Positions 36,901 through 48,670 of a stretch of DNA of 64,000 bases are shown in pieces. Below the pieces are notes generated by a model. The model did no database searches. It was not told where the DNA came from and worked only from the letters and a program-made list of their open reading frames with translations. The DNA comes from Lama guanicoe. Its lineage: Eukaryota. The position numbers and the translations under genes were made by a program. Location: positions 1,315,015 through 1,379,014 of the forward strand of contig MU054049.1 in the NCBI GenBank assembly GCA_013239625.1, in the 5' to 3' direction. Positions within the stretch are counted from its first letter, which is position 1; each line of letters opens with the position of its first letter.

Positions 36901-37699
36901 TCTCACAGACTTTCTTGTAGACTTTCTCATGGCCTGGACCAGTCCTGGCGGGTGCCGGGCAGAAACACAAACATGGAACCAGGGTCCCAGGGTCCCAGGG
37001 GAGATGGGTGCTTGGCTTACATACGCTTGAATGCTCAGCTCTGTTCATGGCCCCCAAGTACCTGCCAGCTGGAGCTTGCGACCACCTGTCCACTGCAGAG
37101 AAAATGCCCGTGGGTGGGATCAGAATCAGAGCAGCTGCCCTCCCAGAAGGACAGAAGGACAATGGCCCCATCTGATTGACTCCAGCTCTGCCCTGGGCCT
37201 GGGGGCAGCCTTCTGGGAGCCCCACAGGCCAGTCACGTGGGCATCTCTGGGGCCGAATGGATGTGTTCGGGCTACGGGGGGACATTTAACAAGGCACAGA
37301 GAGTCCTGGGTGGGAGTGGCATCAGTGACCTCAGGAAGTTCTTGGCAGACAAGCCTGGGATAAGGACCCTCTGTTTTGAGAGAATGTGCTGGAAGCCCAG
37401 CAGCTAAAGACTGACATAAAGAAGTAGGGTTGCAGCCATTAGGAAGACTGCAATTCAGGAGGGAGGGGATTTGTCCCCAAACTGCCATTTGGAGAGCCAG
37501 CCTGGTCATGTGCAGCCAGGCTGAGTGCTGGACCCATTCCTGACCCAGGGTCCTGCCCCCAGGCCCTTTCCCAGGCCTTCCTGCCTTTTTCTCACTAAAG
37601 GCCCTTCCCGGAGGCCAAGGCACCATTTTCCAAAAGGCCTGCAGTACCAGGAGGCAGAGAGCGAACTGCCAGGCTTCTGAGGGAGCGGTTCCTTCAGTT

Positions 37700-38300
37700 C
37701 CAGGGGCAGAGCCATTTGGTTTAAAATCCCCATAAAAGCAGTAATGCTCATTTCCTATATTGGGTCATATTTCCTAATTACTGTCCCTCAGGAAAACCCC
37801 AGGAGATGGAGAGAGACGCCCGCCCCACAGCCTACGTTTGTACATTTAAATAAAGTGTGATGAAAAAGCACACCCTGAACATTTGCCTGGAACACACCTT
37901 CCTTCAGTGAACATTTCTGATGCGCACAAAATGGACTCACTTGAAAAAAAATTATTAGTTCAGCTGGAAAGTAATTGCCACTTATTTGGTTTATAAGGCG
38001 AGCGTGGCTGGTGACATCAGATTGGACTTAACTGCATCCTGTTTTGATGCTAACTAATATTTGCCCTAATACTAAGCATAAATAAGTAGGAACTTCTCCT
38101 GAGACACCACAGATATTACATCTTTAATGGGACCTAATAGTCAGAGGCAAGCCAATTGCCCTGCTGTGGGATTATAATTATACGTGCTCTTGTTTCCCCC
38201 TTTTAAATTTCACGAACAGAGAGGAGCATTCGAAGCCATTAGACTTTCTCTGGAAACATTGGAGTAAAAATAAAAGGGCCATGGGCAAAGCCCTCATCGT
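37700..38300. promoter_or_regulatory. Candidate enhancer-like element with perfect CArG box
   Basis: No recognisable repeat; CCTATATTGG (CC(A/T)6GG) at 37754-37763, TAATTA, CACTTG/CACTTA, TGACATCA; function inferred only. Confidence 0.3.
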
Positions 38301-38596
38301 CCATTCTGGAAGGTGGCGGCATTCCGAATGCCCCCGCAAAGGCACTGCCTTTCCCAAGGCTTCTCTGTAAGTGGCTGATGCCACCGGAGGCTGGCAGGAG
38401 GCTGTGTGTTTGAAAAGAAGTACATCCAGCCTGAGGCTGGGAGCCTGAACTTCAGGTGGTCCCCTGCCTCCAAGACACGCTCTTGCAGCCTCCTTGGATG
38501 TCTCTGCCTTTGGCACCTGATCTATGAAGGGAAAATTCCCTCTGGTTCTGTCTGGGAATTGGGCTGTTTCTTTCTTCTCTAAGCCCCATCCTGAAG

Positions 38597-39095
38597 TGTT
38601 GCAGCAAAGTGGGTTACAGCTCAGTGTCACAGCTCAGTTGTGACGGCAACCTGGATCCAGGCGAAAGACCAACCAGCACTCAGAGGGTTGGAGAACTCAG
38701 GTGTATTACACCAGCAGACTCAGAGGAGTTAACACTCCAAGCTCTGGACCTGGTCTGTAGGTTTACACAGGCTTTTATAGGCTGCCAGTCTACACTATGC
38801 AACATCATATGCAAATAAGGTGTAACAGAGTTGACTAATTAAGAATGAGCTTTGTAGAAATGGACCAACCAGGAGTGAGCTCCATGCAAATGAGGTACTA
38901 CAAATGGACCAATCAGGAGTTAGCTCAGGGAACCAATAGAATCTTAGGGGTAAGCTCCACTTTCCTAGAATCAAGCCTTTTCAAAGGCAAATAGCAAGAT
39001 AATGCCACCGGGCCAGGGAACCGAATGGTTCTGGCAGGAGTGTAGTGGCCCTGCCTAGGGGTCCTGCCATCTTTTTCATGGGGTTTCCCACCTCA
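38597..39095 (-). mobile_element. ERV1-type solo LTR, copy 2 (same family as 1451-1963)
   Basis: TG...CA termini; perfect 4-bp TSD gaag (38593-38596, 39096-39099); colinear with copy 1. Confidence 0.95.
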
Positions 39096-39899
39096 GAAGG
39101 ACACGTGGGTCACCTGGACAAATAGGCAGAGCCCTAAATAAGAGCTCGTTCAGGCCGCCAGCCAAGGCATCTTATCTCCACCCTGCCCCTCCAAGCCACT
39201 GAGAATCTGGGGCCTGATACGAGGAACGTGGTGACCCCTTTGAGAAAAGGACTAGAGATCACTAGACGCTGGAGGCAGAAGATGGCAGCTGTAGACTGTA
39301 GATAGAGAATGTTGGAGCCTGGACAGCTGGGGTCCTCACCCACCCCTTTTTGGAACAACAGGCAAAGGATCAGGGTACCTGCAGGAAGGGAAGCTGCAGG
39401 TGCAGCCAGACCCTGAACTGGGGGCAAGAGAGGCCAGAGCGAGGTAACTGGGCTCCAGGGCTCTTTGCTTTTCAAAGCCTGCTCTGCAGGCAGGGGAGCA
39501 GGGCCAGGGCAGGAGAGTCCTGGTGATGCTGGAGCCTGCCCCCTCCTCCCTGTTGCTGGAGTCCGGGACCTCTGTGGATCAGCACAGAAGGGGTCCTCAA
39601 AAAGGTGGTTATTACAGCCCCTGGGTGTAGCCCAAACCTGGCCTCTCCTAGACAGCAAAAAATGACCTCTTTCCAGATTGCCCATCTCGGCCCCCCAAAC
39701 GATCTCAGGCAGACCCTCTTGTGTTTGACTCTTTTCTGCCCAAGGAATTCCCTAAGCCAAGGAAGCTCATCTCCAGCCATGACCTAGTGTCTGGGACCTT
39801 GCCAGCCCTTCCCTGGCCTCTCATCTCTCTGGCCCTCCATCAAACTAATGGCTTTGGCTAATAACTCTGTCTGCACCTGACATGAAGGTACTCAAGGAG

Positions 39900-40480
39900 C
39901 AGTAGCTATCACTTTATTATTATTTTATAATAGGTATGGAAGAAATGCATGGGGCATGGATAATACATGATGTGGAAACTCAGAGGGCAAACAGATTACT
40001 GAGAGCAGGGGAGGCTCACAGAGAAGCTGATGGAAGCTGAGAGGCAGGGGGCCATTCCAGGCCAGTGATGGGGAGGTGTGCTATGACTTTGAGAAACACC
40101 GTGTGGACTCTGCGGCTCTAGTGAGAGGCTCTTGTTGGCAGAATGGAGTAGGGGAGGGAGTGGAGGAAGGGAAGGAGGATGGGGAGGGAATGAAGGCACT
40201 AAGGCTGGACTCAAATTCAAGAGAGGACCACACGTGTTAGGCTAAGCTATTTAGATTTTGTCCCACTGTCCATAAGGGACTGCTAGGAATCTTTACATCT
40301 GGGAATGACAGACGTACCATGGCATTGTGCAAGGCCAGTCTGGAATCTCACAACAGAGATTGGAGGGAGAGAGAGAGAGGCAGTGGTGGGTACTGGGGGC
40401 TTCAGTGAGGAAATACTGTCAGCCTCTGGGGAGGAAGGGAGGAAAAAGAAAAAAGTAGTCAGAGGATCCAGGTTCTGCCA
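39900..40480 (-). mobile_element. Decayed L2 fragment
   Basis: 'gggaggctcacagagaagctgatggaagctgaga', 'gctaagctatttagattttgtcc...tttacatctgggaatgaca'. Confidence 0.55.
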
Positions 40481-40829
40481 CTGGTAAAAGGGCAGACAGG
40501 TTTGTATCAGGAGATGTGGCCTCCACGTGGCCTCAGACTGCAGCAGCCCGTCAGGTCCCTGGCGGACACCATCTTCCAAGGGCTGGTACTCACTCCAGTG
40601 ACACATGCCAGTCCAGACACAGCATCACACTCCAGGGAGAGTCATCCTTTCAAGGATCTGCTATGCATGTCTTTTTGGACAAGTGTTGTTGCTGCCCTGC
40701 AAGGTTCTGCCCTTCTTTAATTTTTGGAAATTTAAAAAAAAACAGAAAAATACAAAGGAAAAGAAAAAAATAATGACCCATATTTTAGACCCATAAAATT
40801 AAACGTTGTGACTATTTAGGTATATACTT

Positions 40830-40908
40830 TCTCTATCTTTTTCTGTGCTTATATCCTTTTTTTAATTGCACAAGTTATACATATATATATATTACATATA
40901 TGTATAAC

Positions 40909-40939
<31 letters not shown>

Positions 40940-41465
40940 CCAATGTTAAAACTAGTCAGGTAAATTTAAGATCCTTTACCCTCCCCTCAACTTAGTGGCT
41001 ACCTTTATTATGAGTTTCATATCACCTTCAACTCATGTCTTATAGTCTTACATACATAGGTACATATCTATCCATAAAAAATAAATAATGTCATTTGGTA
41101 TGTTTCTATTTTGAAAACTGGCATAAAAATTCAGTTTTCTGTACCTTGATTTTTTTCACTCAACATTAAGGTTTTGAGATTTAGCCCTGCTGATTCAGAT
41201 ACCTCAGATCTTGTTCATGTATTTGTATGGTTTACCTCCAATTTTTTTCTTCCCCCATTCACATTTAGGTTGTCATGATTTGTTGTTATTGCAAACATTG
41301 CTACAGTGAATATCCTTACAATCCTCTCCTGGTTTCTACCTTTAAACTGGCAAACCAAATCACTTCTGTCTTAAGGTTACAAAAGCTATTACCCTGAGAA
41401 AGATAATTTCACTGGGGCTAACACCAATGTAGGATTGTTGAGTGATAGGGTGTGCGCATTTTAAT
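40830..41465 (-). mobile_element. L1ME-like 3' region with (TA)n tract 40876-40930
   Basis: 'ttttttcactcaacattaaggttttgagatttagcc', 'acatttaggttgt...caaacattgctacagtgaatatcctt'. Confidence 0.7.
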
Positions 41466-41734
41466 TCCCTTCTTCCCTATGAAGGGATTTAACTGGCCAC
41501 ACACATTCCCAAAATAAACCCCTCAGCCTTTGGAAACTTCAGTGTGCTCTCAAGAGGCATGGTAACGAGGCTATCTGGGAAATGAGATTAAAAATCCTTC
41601 ATGTGGATAATACCATTTGGCTTCAGCTTACTACTGATACTGATATACACTTTAATTCTTATGTATTTATATTTTTAATTACAAGTATATTGTAATATTA
41701 TATAAAGTGAAGGGCAGAGATTAAAGGGCCATTC

Positions 41735-43930
41735 ATGTGAGATTAGAAAAATCACAGTTTTGCCACCTCAAGACAATGAATCTAGACAATATTCATCAAT
41801 GGCTGAAGGTCCATCAGGTGAAAAGTTGGCAGGGACTTCGTAATAACGGAAGCTGACATCACCTACCAGTGGGGACTGAGCAGTCATCACTCAGTGGTTC
41901 CCCCAGACACCATACTCCTTATGATACGATGCAATGGGAAGAACACAGCACCATCAAGCAAGGATTCCCTTCAAAACAAAACAAAACTGAACCTGAACAT
42001 GAGCAAGTATCTGGGTCGAACTGCTGGTTAAAGGAAATCTGGGCGCTTGAGAAGTATGTTCAGTGACACTTTTAGGACAAAATCAGCCAAAACCAGAATG
42101 TGAAAGATTCACAGGAGAGATGATCAGTTCTTCTACAAATAAATGACATGAAAAAGAGGTGCTATTATGAATTACTAGATAATAATAAACAGCTGTAAGA
42201 GACTTACCATCAAATGAAAAGTGTGAAAGTTGGATCCTGGTTAGAACAAGTTAACCGTAAAAAGACATTTTTTTAAAAAGTCAGGGAAAACTGGATGCAG
42301 ATGGGGTATTAGATAGTGCTACATTATTGTTGGTAACCAAGATGATGGTAATGACTAAGTCCAAATCTCCCCTCATTATCTACAGAAAAAAAGAAAGAAG
42401 GAAGGAAAAAGGAAGGAAGGAAGGGAAGGAGGGAAGGAGGAGGGAAGATAAAACTGCATAAAACTCAAACTCTCCACATAATTAGAGGACAGAAAGTGTC
42501 CAAACTTCAAATCACTTGATTGAACAAATAAACAAATATATAATGGATAATGAGAGCTAAGTCTATTATTAAAGACAGGAGTTAAAACATGTAAAGTGAA
42601 AAGCCTAAATGAAATCTGTGGTGTTGAATTGGAATTAGAGGCATCAATGTAAACTTTTGTAAATTTTATGTATACGTGTGTCAGTGTAACATCTAGACAG
42701 ATATATAGACTAATGTGCGTGGGGAGGTGTATGGGTGGATGCGGGAATGTATATGTACATATATTTCCTAGCATGGTCTACTGGGAGCACCAAGAGGCAA
42801 TGATACACCCCTCAAAATTGAGCACACCTAGCACCCAAATCTTGGAGCCTAAATACCATCCCTAATAAAAGAAGCCAGCTCTCCTTGACAAAACAGCTGA
42901 TTCCAGGGCTGGAGTATGGAAAGTACAAGATGGAACTGGAACATCCTATTGTGCCTGAAAGTTAGAAGGACTCAAAATATTATGGAGTTATGTCAAACGG
43001 ATACAGAATTCAGCATGCAGGGCTCGCAGTGGCCAAATCCGGGACAACTAGAACACCAAAGTAAATAATGGAATAATGGAAAAGAACTCATTGAATAAAT
43101 TAAGAATCTATGAGTTCATGCTGATATCAATGAATCAATCAATAGGAAGAAAAAGCTCTTCCTTACCACAGAAAGCCAACTAATAAATGTAGAATAAATT
43201 TTGAAATGGGAAAAGTCGTCTCTTGGCAATCGTTGCACAGGTCACATGTCCGTGATTGTATGTTAATTTCCTGGTTGTAATCATCGGACTCCAGTTATGC
43301 ATAAGAATGTCTTTGTTTTTAGGAAATACATTCTGTGGTATTTAGGGATAAAGTGCTTCATATCTGCAACTTATTCTCAAATGGTGCTCTAGATCAAATG
43401 TTTGTACCCCCCCCAAATTCATACACTGAGACCTTCTCCCCAATGTGGTGGTATTTGGAGGTGGGGCATTTGGAGATGATTATGTCACAAGGGTGGAGCC
43501 CTCATGAATGAGATTAGTGTTCTTACAAAAGAGACCTCAGAGAGCTCCCTCACCCTTTCCACCATGTGAGGACACAGCAAAGAATATGTCATTCTCTGAA
43601 CCAAGAAGAGAGCTCTCATCAGACACTGAATTTTGCCAGCACCTTGTTCTTGGACTTCCCAGCCTCCAGAACTATGATAAATAACTGTTGTTTAAGCCAC
43701 TCAGTACAGTATTCTTGTTGGAGCAGCTGGAATAAACTAAGAAAATGGTTTTAAAAAAAATAATAGTATGTGTGTGTTTATGTGGAGGGGAAGATGAATA
43801 GAACAAACGGGATATATCATTAACATTTGGAGACTCTAAAATAAGAATATGCAGAAATTCTTTCTATCATTCTTCCAACCTTTCTTAAAGTTTATAATTG
43901 TGTCAAATGTTTTAAAAAAGATACACACAC
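41735..43930 (+). mobile_element. L1MC4/L1MC5-like long 3'UTR, interrupted by MLT1A and a (GGAA)n tract (~42390-42446)
   Basis: 'aattgagcacacctagcacccaaatcttgg...taaataccatccctaataaaagaa...ctgattccagggctgg...aagtacaagatg', 'aagaatgtctttgtttttaggaaataca'. Confidence 0.8.
43385..43743 (+). mobile_element. MaLR solo LTR (MLT1A-like)
   Basis: 'aatgtttgtacccccccaaattcata...gggtggagccctcatgaatgagattagtg...tcttggacttcccagcctccagaact...actaaga'; 5-bp TSD aatgg (43380-43384, 43744-43748). Confidence 0.9.
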
Positions 43931-45848
43931 AAAAGAAATTACTTACTTTGCTGGTTGTGGTGAAGGCACGTGGGTGATGCATTTTTAGAAAATCATTGCC
44001 TATTGGTAATTTTAAAATATCTATGAAGCCAAAATTACAAAAAATTAGTAATTGTGGAATCTATGTGATGGATTTATGAGCGTTTATTACCTTCTCCCCC
44101 TCCATATATGTTTCAAATTTTCTGTAATAAAAAGCTCTTAAAGTTGTTAATTCCATATCACTTCAAAGACTGGAAAAGAATCGATTTTTGCATATTCCCT
44201 GCTAGTTTTTGGAGTGATACGTGTGTTCTGTTGTATGTGCCGTTTAAATCCTGCTTATTTTGCTTTTCACGTTCTTCGTAACTGGTTCTTTGATGGCTGC
44301 ATATTAGTTCATCAATTAGATAATATGCTATGTCATTTTGCTAATGTTGAACTTCTAGTTTGCTTACACAGTGCACTCAAATATATAAGGTTTTTCCCCT
44401 GTTTGGATTATTTTCTTAGGAAAGATTTCCAGAAGTGAGAATTTTGGATCATAGACACAATCATGTTTATGAATCTTAAAGCATTTTGCCCGATTGCTTT
44501 CCAAAGAGTAGTACCAATTTACACCATATGAGACTAACCATTGGGAGTTAGCATTAATTTTTTAACTGGTGCTGGGGTTGTTGTATTCATTGCATCTTCC
44601 TGATTTCCCTTTTGTGAGTTGTTCTGCCTCCATGCCTCTGCTGGGGTCTTAATGTTCTTCAAAATTTACATGAGCTCATTGAGTAACAAAGATATTATCT
44701 TTCATATCATGTTTGCCTCAAACGTTTTTTCCTGAAATCTCACTTTAAATGGAAAGAGAATGTGCAGCAATGCCTCTGTAACCAGACGGCCATTACACCT
44801 GCCACCTGCCACATTCTAAGAAGAGTCCCATGTCCTGGTGAGGCAATCCGTTGTTTAGGGAACAAAATATTTATATTTATTTAAAACATAAACTATTATG
44901 AAAGGACTGTCTCTTGAGATAATTTGCCAAAGACTACAAAAGAGACCAAAGGTCCTGGCTAGGTCTGCATGATCAAAATAACTAGCTTTAAAAATGGCTG
45001 ATGTGTCTTTGGACTGTTTTCTTAGCAACCAAGTCAACAGTCCCATGACTAGAAAAATAGGATGTCACAGCAGCCAAATAAAACGAATCCATAGAAAAAG
45101 TGTGATATAACTTCTACTTCTGCAGGGGGAAAATGTAGATCTATTTCTTCAGGAACAGATTTCTCAATAAATTAACCTGAAACTATGATAGAAAGCAGTG
45201 CCAGGGTGTGACACCCACACTGTCCCAATAATTAGACCCAATGTTTGCTGGATCACATTGCCATTCATTAGGGGACCCTCCCTCCCCTGGCACCTAGGTC
45301 CCCCACTCCAAAGGCTATCTGCCTTAGTCTTGCCTCTCCTTCCATTTCTCGTCTCTCCAATACTCACTAAGCAATCACGTACTAATGTGTGACAAAGTTA
45401 GTGCTGATGGAGAAAGCAGAGTTTCCATCTGATGGGGTTTTGTGATGAACAGATGAGGGAGGCTTGTAAATCAAATAACTTCCTTACTAACCTCAGGGTG
45501 TTCCAGAGTCAGAGTCAGACGCCTGCCATTTGGATCGCGGTGTCAATTCTGGTCAGAGTCAGCTGAACATTATACTAAGAGTTTCCTGGGCACCCAGAAT
45601 TGTGCTGGGCATCACTTTCTGCTAGTAACTTCTGTTGGCTGCCCCAGATACAGCTTCTGTGTTCACCCTTCACCAGCCACAAGGAAACATTCAGCAATTT
45701 ATTGCTTTCATCATAAAGAATCTGTCCACATCAAAAAAATTTTCTGTAAGTCGCGTCTCTTTTCCAAAGTGTCACATTTCAGCTACTAGTCTCGAAATCT
45801 CTCTCTCTCCCTTTCTCTCTCTCTGTCATCTTATCCCTTCAACCCTCC

Positions 45849-46025
45849 CAGAGGTCAGCAAACTACAGCCACCTGCTTTATTGGAACAGCCCACCCATTT
45901 AGCTTTCATCTAGGACTCGCTCTTGTGTTCTAATGACAGAGTTGAGTAGCCAGGACAGACTGAATGGACCACAAAACCTAAAATATTTACTATCTGGCCC
46001 TTAAGGAAAAGTGTGCCAGCCTCTG
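45849..46025. mobile_element. MER58A-like hAT-Charlie MITE
   Basis: Imperfect TIRs cagaggtcagcaaact / agtgtgccagcctctg; internal 'cctaaaatatttactatctggccctt'. Confidence 0.85.
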
Positions 46026-46749
46026 CTCTAAATCTCCTCTATTACTACCTCTCATTCCTAGATTTTCCCCAAGACCACTCAATTTGCCACTCCTTTCTTA
46101 TTAAGGAGAGCAATTTACAATTTTCCCGTTTCTGCCTTTAAACTTACACACCCAAATCAATACTGTATTCAAGCCTATGGAAGCCGTTACACAGAGCATG
46201 ATGACTGTTTGCACTCAGTGAACAAAAGGCCTTCCAATTAACACTGCCATGCTTCTTAGAAGGCAGCGAGGGGGTGTATATAAGAAAAGAGCACGTGCAT
46301 TTGCTGCAACAGACATTATCACACAGAATCTGCTTGCAGGCACACTCAGCCCTTACTGGAATGACCTTTGTAGGCTAACCAAATGGACTGAGACCCCTGA
46401 ACTCTCCTCAGCCATTCTGACATGAGCCAATGGGCACTGGCCATACTGAAGGGTGAAAGAAGGTCTGGGGTGGCCAGGCTGGGATGCGGGAGAAGAAAAA
46501 GCCTAAAGCAGGTGGAAGAGCGAAGCAGAGGACAGAGCTGGTTGGCTGTCTCACTGCAGACTTGGAGGATCCCAGCTCCACCTAGCCAAGTGAGTCAAGT
46601 GTATCACCACTATGGGGAAGAAAATGAAGGGAAAAGTTGTCTCTGACACTTAAACCTGATCTTCAACCCAGGCACTGCCTGTGCTCTTGACTTTTCTAGC
46701 AGAGCTAAGTAGAATATAGCTGCAGCCCAGATTTTATCAGTAACAAACA

Positions 46750-47972
46750 CGAAAATATGCTTGACATAATTAGTCATCATGGAAACACAAATCAAAACCA
46801 CAACTTCACACCCATTAGGATGGCTAGAAACAGTCAGAAAATAATAACCATTGTCAAGGTTGTAGAGAAAACGGAATCTTCATACACTGCCAGTGGGAAC
46901 GTAAAATGATGCAGTCACCTCAGAAAACAGGCCGTTCCTCAACTACTTAAACATAGGGTTACCATAGGACCCAGCGATTCCACTCCTGAAATGAAAACGT
47001 ATGTCCACACAAAAATCTGCACACAAGTGTTCATAGTAGCAATATCCATGATACCCCCAAAGCGGAAACAACTTAAATGTCCACCAACCAACAAATGAAT
47101 AAATTAAATACTGTATATCCAGGTAATGGAATGTTATTCAGCCATAAAATTGAATGAAACACTTTACCACATGGATGAATCTTAAAAACTTTGTGCTAAC
47201 AGAAAGAAGTCAGTCGCAAAAGACCATTCATAGGAAAGTCCAGTCTCTATGGTAGAACCAGCCTCGGAGGCAGCAATTGTGGTGGCGGCAGTGGGGAGAG
47301 AGAGTGAGGGTTCCAACCTTTCTATTGGCCTGAAGGTGTTTTGGGCGCAGAGGGTTGTGATGTCAGAGAAAATGCAGCTGGTAGAGATGGGTCTCCTAGA
47401 TGGGGACGAGGAATGCACGGAGTTCCCTGAGGAAGACTGGGCTGGGTTAGATGAAGATGAAGATGCATGTGTCTGGGAGGATAACTGGAATGATGACAGT
47501 GTAGGAGACTAAAGAAACATGGTTAGAACATGGAGACCTCACAGGATCCAGAAGTCTTGAAGCAACCCAAACTTGAACTGTTTACTAAATTCTAGAACAG
47601 AAAACCCAGGGTGGGGCACTTAAAATTATATATATATATACACATATATACATACATATATAGAGGTATATATAATTTCATTACCTGCTTGGATTTATTT
47701 TTGGTTTTGTAGTACATACACAAAAAAGTTTTGATCTAAAAAAAAAGTCCAGAGTAGGGAACTCTATCAAGATAGAAAGTAGATTAGTGGTTGCTTAGGG
47801 TGGAGAATGGAGATGGAGGGTAAGGGGATGGTAGAGCATGGGTTTCTTTTTGAGATGATGAAAATGTTTGAAAATTGACTGAGCTGATGGTTGCACATAT
47901 CTGTGAATATACACTGTAAATGGGTGAATTGTATGGTATGTGACACATATCCAATAAAGCTGTTTAAACAAA
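46750..47972 (+). mobile_element. L1MB-like 3' end, split by the SEM1 retrocopy
   Basis: 'cttcacacccattaggatggcta', 'aaacgtatgtccacacaaaaa', resumes after insert 'gtccagagtagg...agaaagtagattagtggttgcttaggg...caataaagctgtt'. Confidence 0.9.
47244..47743 (+). pseudogene. SEM1: Full-length processed pseudogene of SEM1 (DSS1/SHFM1, 26S proteasome lid / BRCA2 / TREX-2 cofactor)
   Basis: ATG 47360 gives [50 protein letters not shown], 36/50 identical to recalled mammalian SEM1 1-50; KHG*NMETS remnant follows in another frame; intronless, poly(A) 47738-47743, TSD aaagtccag (47235-47243, 47744-47752). Confidence 0.96.
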
Positions 47973-48291
47973 AAGTAGATATAGAGAGACACACATATAG
48001 ATGCTATCAGGAAGAGAGAGAGAGATGTCATTTTAGAATTTGAAAGGCTATAATCCATTTGTAATAGCTATCTCTGGAAAATCATACAGGAAGGGTGTTT
48101 GTTTCATTTACACTGTGTCTTGTTTTATTGCCCCCAAATTTGTAACTGTGGACAAAATCTGGGGATGGAAGATGTTAAGGGTCCCACATTCTGAAGAGTC
48201 ACAAGGTTGTGCAAAGAACTGGCTAGCAATTGGGAACAGACAGCTCCCTCAGAGGTAACTAAATGGAGCAAACCCATCCGATTACCTGAAC

Positions 48292-48670
48292 TGAAATGGT
48301 TCATTTTATGTGTCCATCTGGCTGGGCCACAGGGCCCAGATATTTGGTCAAACATTATGCTGGATGTTTCTGTGAGGGAGTTTCTGGATGAGCTTTATAT
48401 TGAAATCAATGGACTTTGAGTAAAGCAGATTGCCCTCCATAATGTGGGTGGGCCTCATCCAATCAGTTGAAGGCCTGAATAGTACAAAAGACTGATGTTC
48501 CCTGAGCAAGAGGGAATTCTGAAGCAGAGGACCTTCAGACTTGAACTGGGTTCCTAGTCTACCAGCCTAACCTCACAGATTTTGGACTTGCCAGCCTCTA
48601 TAATCATATGAGCCAATCTCTGATAATAAATAAATATACATGTATATGTATTTTCTGTATATAAAGTCTA
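48292..48670 (+). mobile_element. ERVL LTR (MLT2-like)
   Basis: 'atggttcattttatgtgtc...cccagatatttggtcaaacattat...gagtaaagcagattgccctccataatgtgggtgggcctcatccaatcagttgaaggcctgaatag'. Confidence 0.9.

Noticed and set aside
47249..47512. Functional 87-aa N-terminally extended SEM1 paralogue
   Set aside because: High amino-acid divergence from a near-invariant parent, frameshifting deletion, no AATAAA before the poly(A) and no visible promoter; the extension is translated 5'UTR
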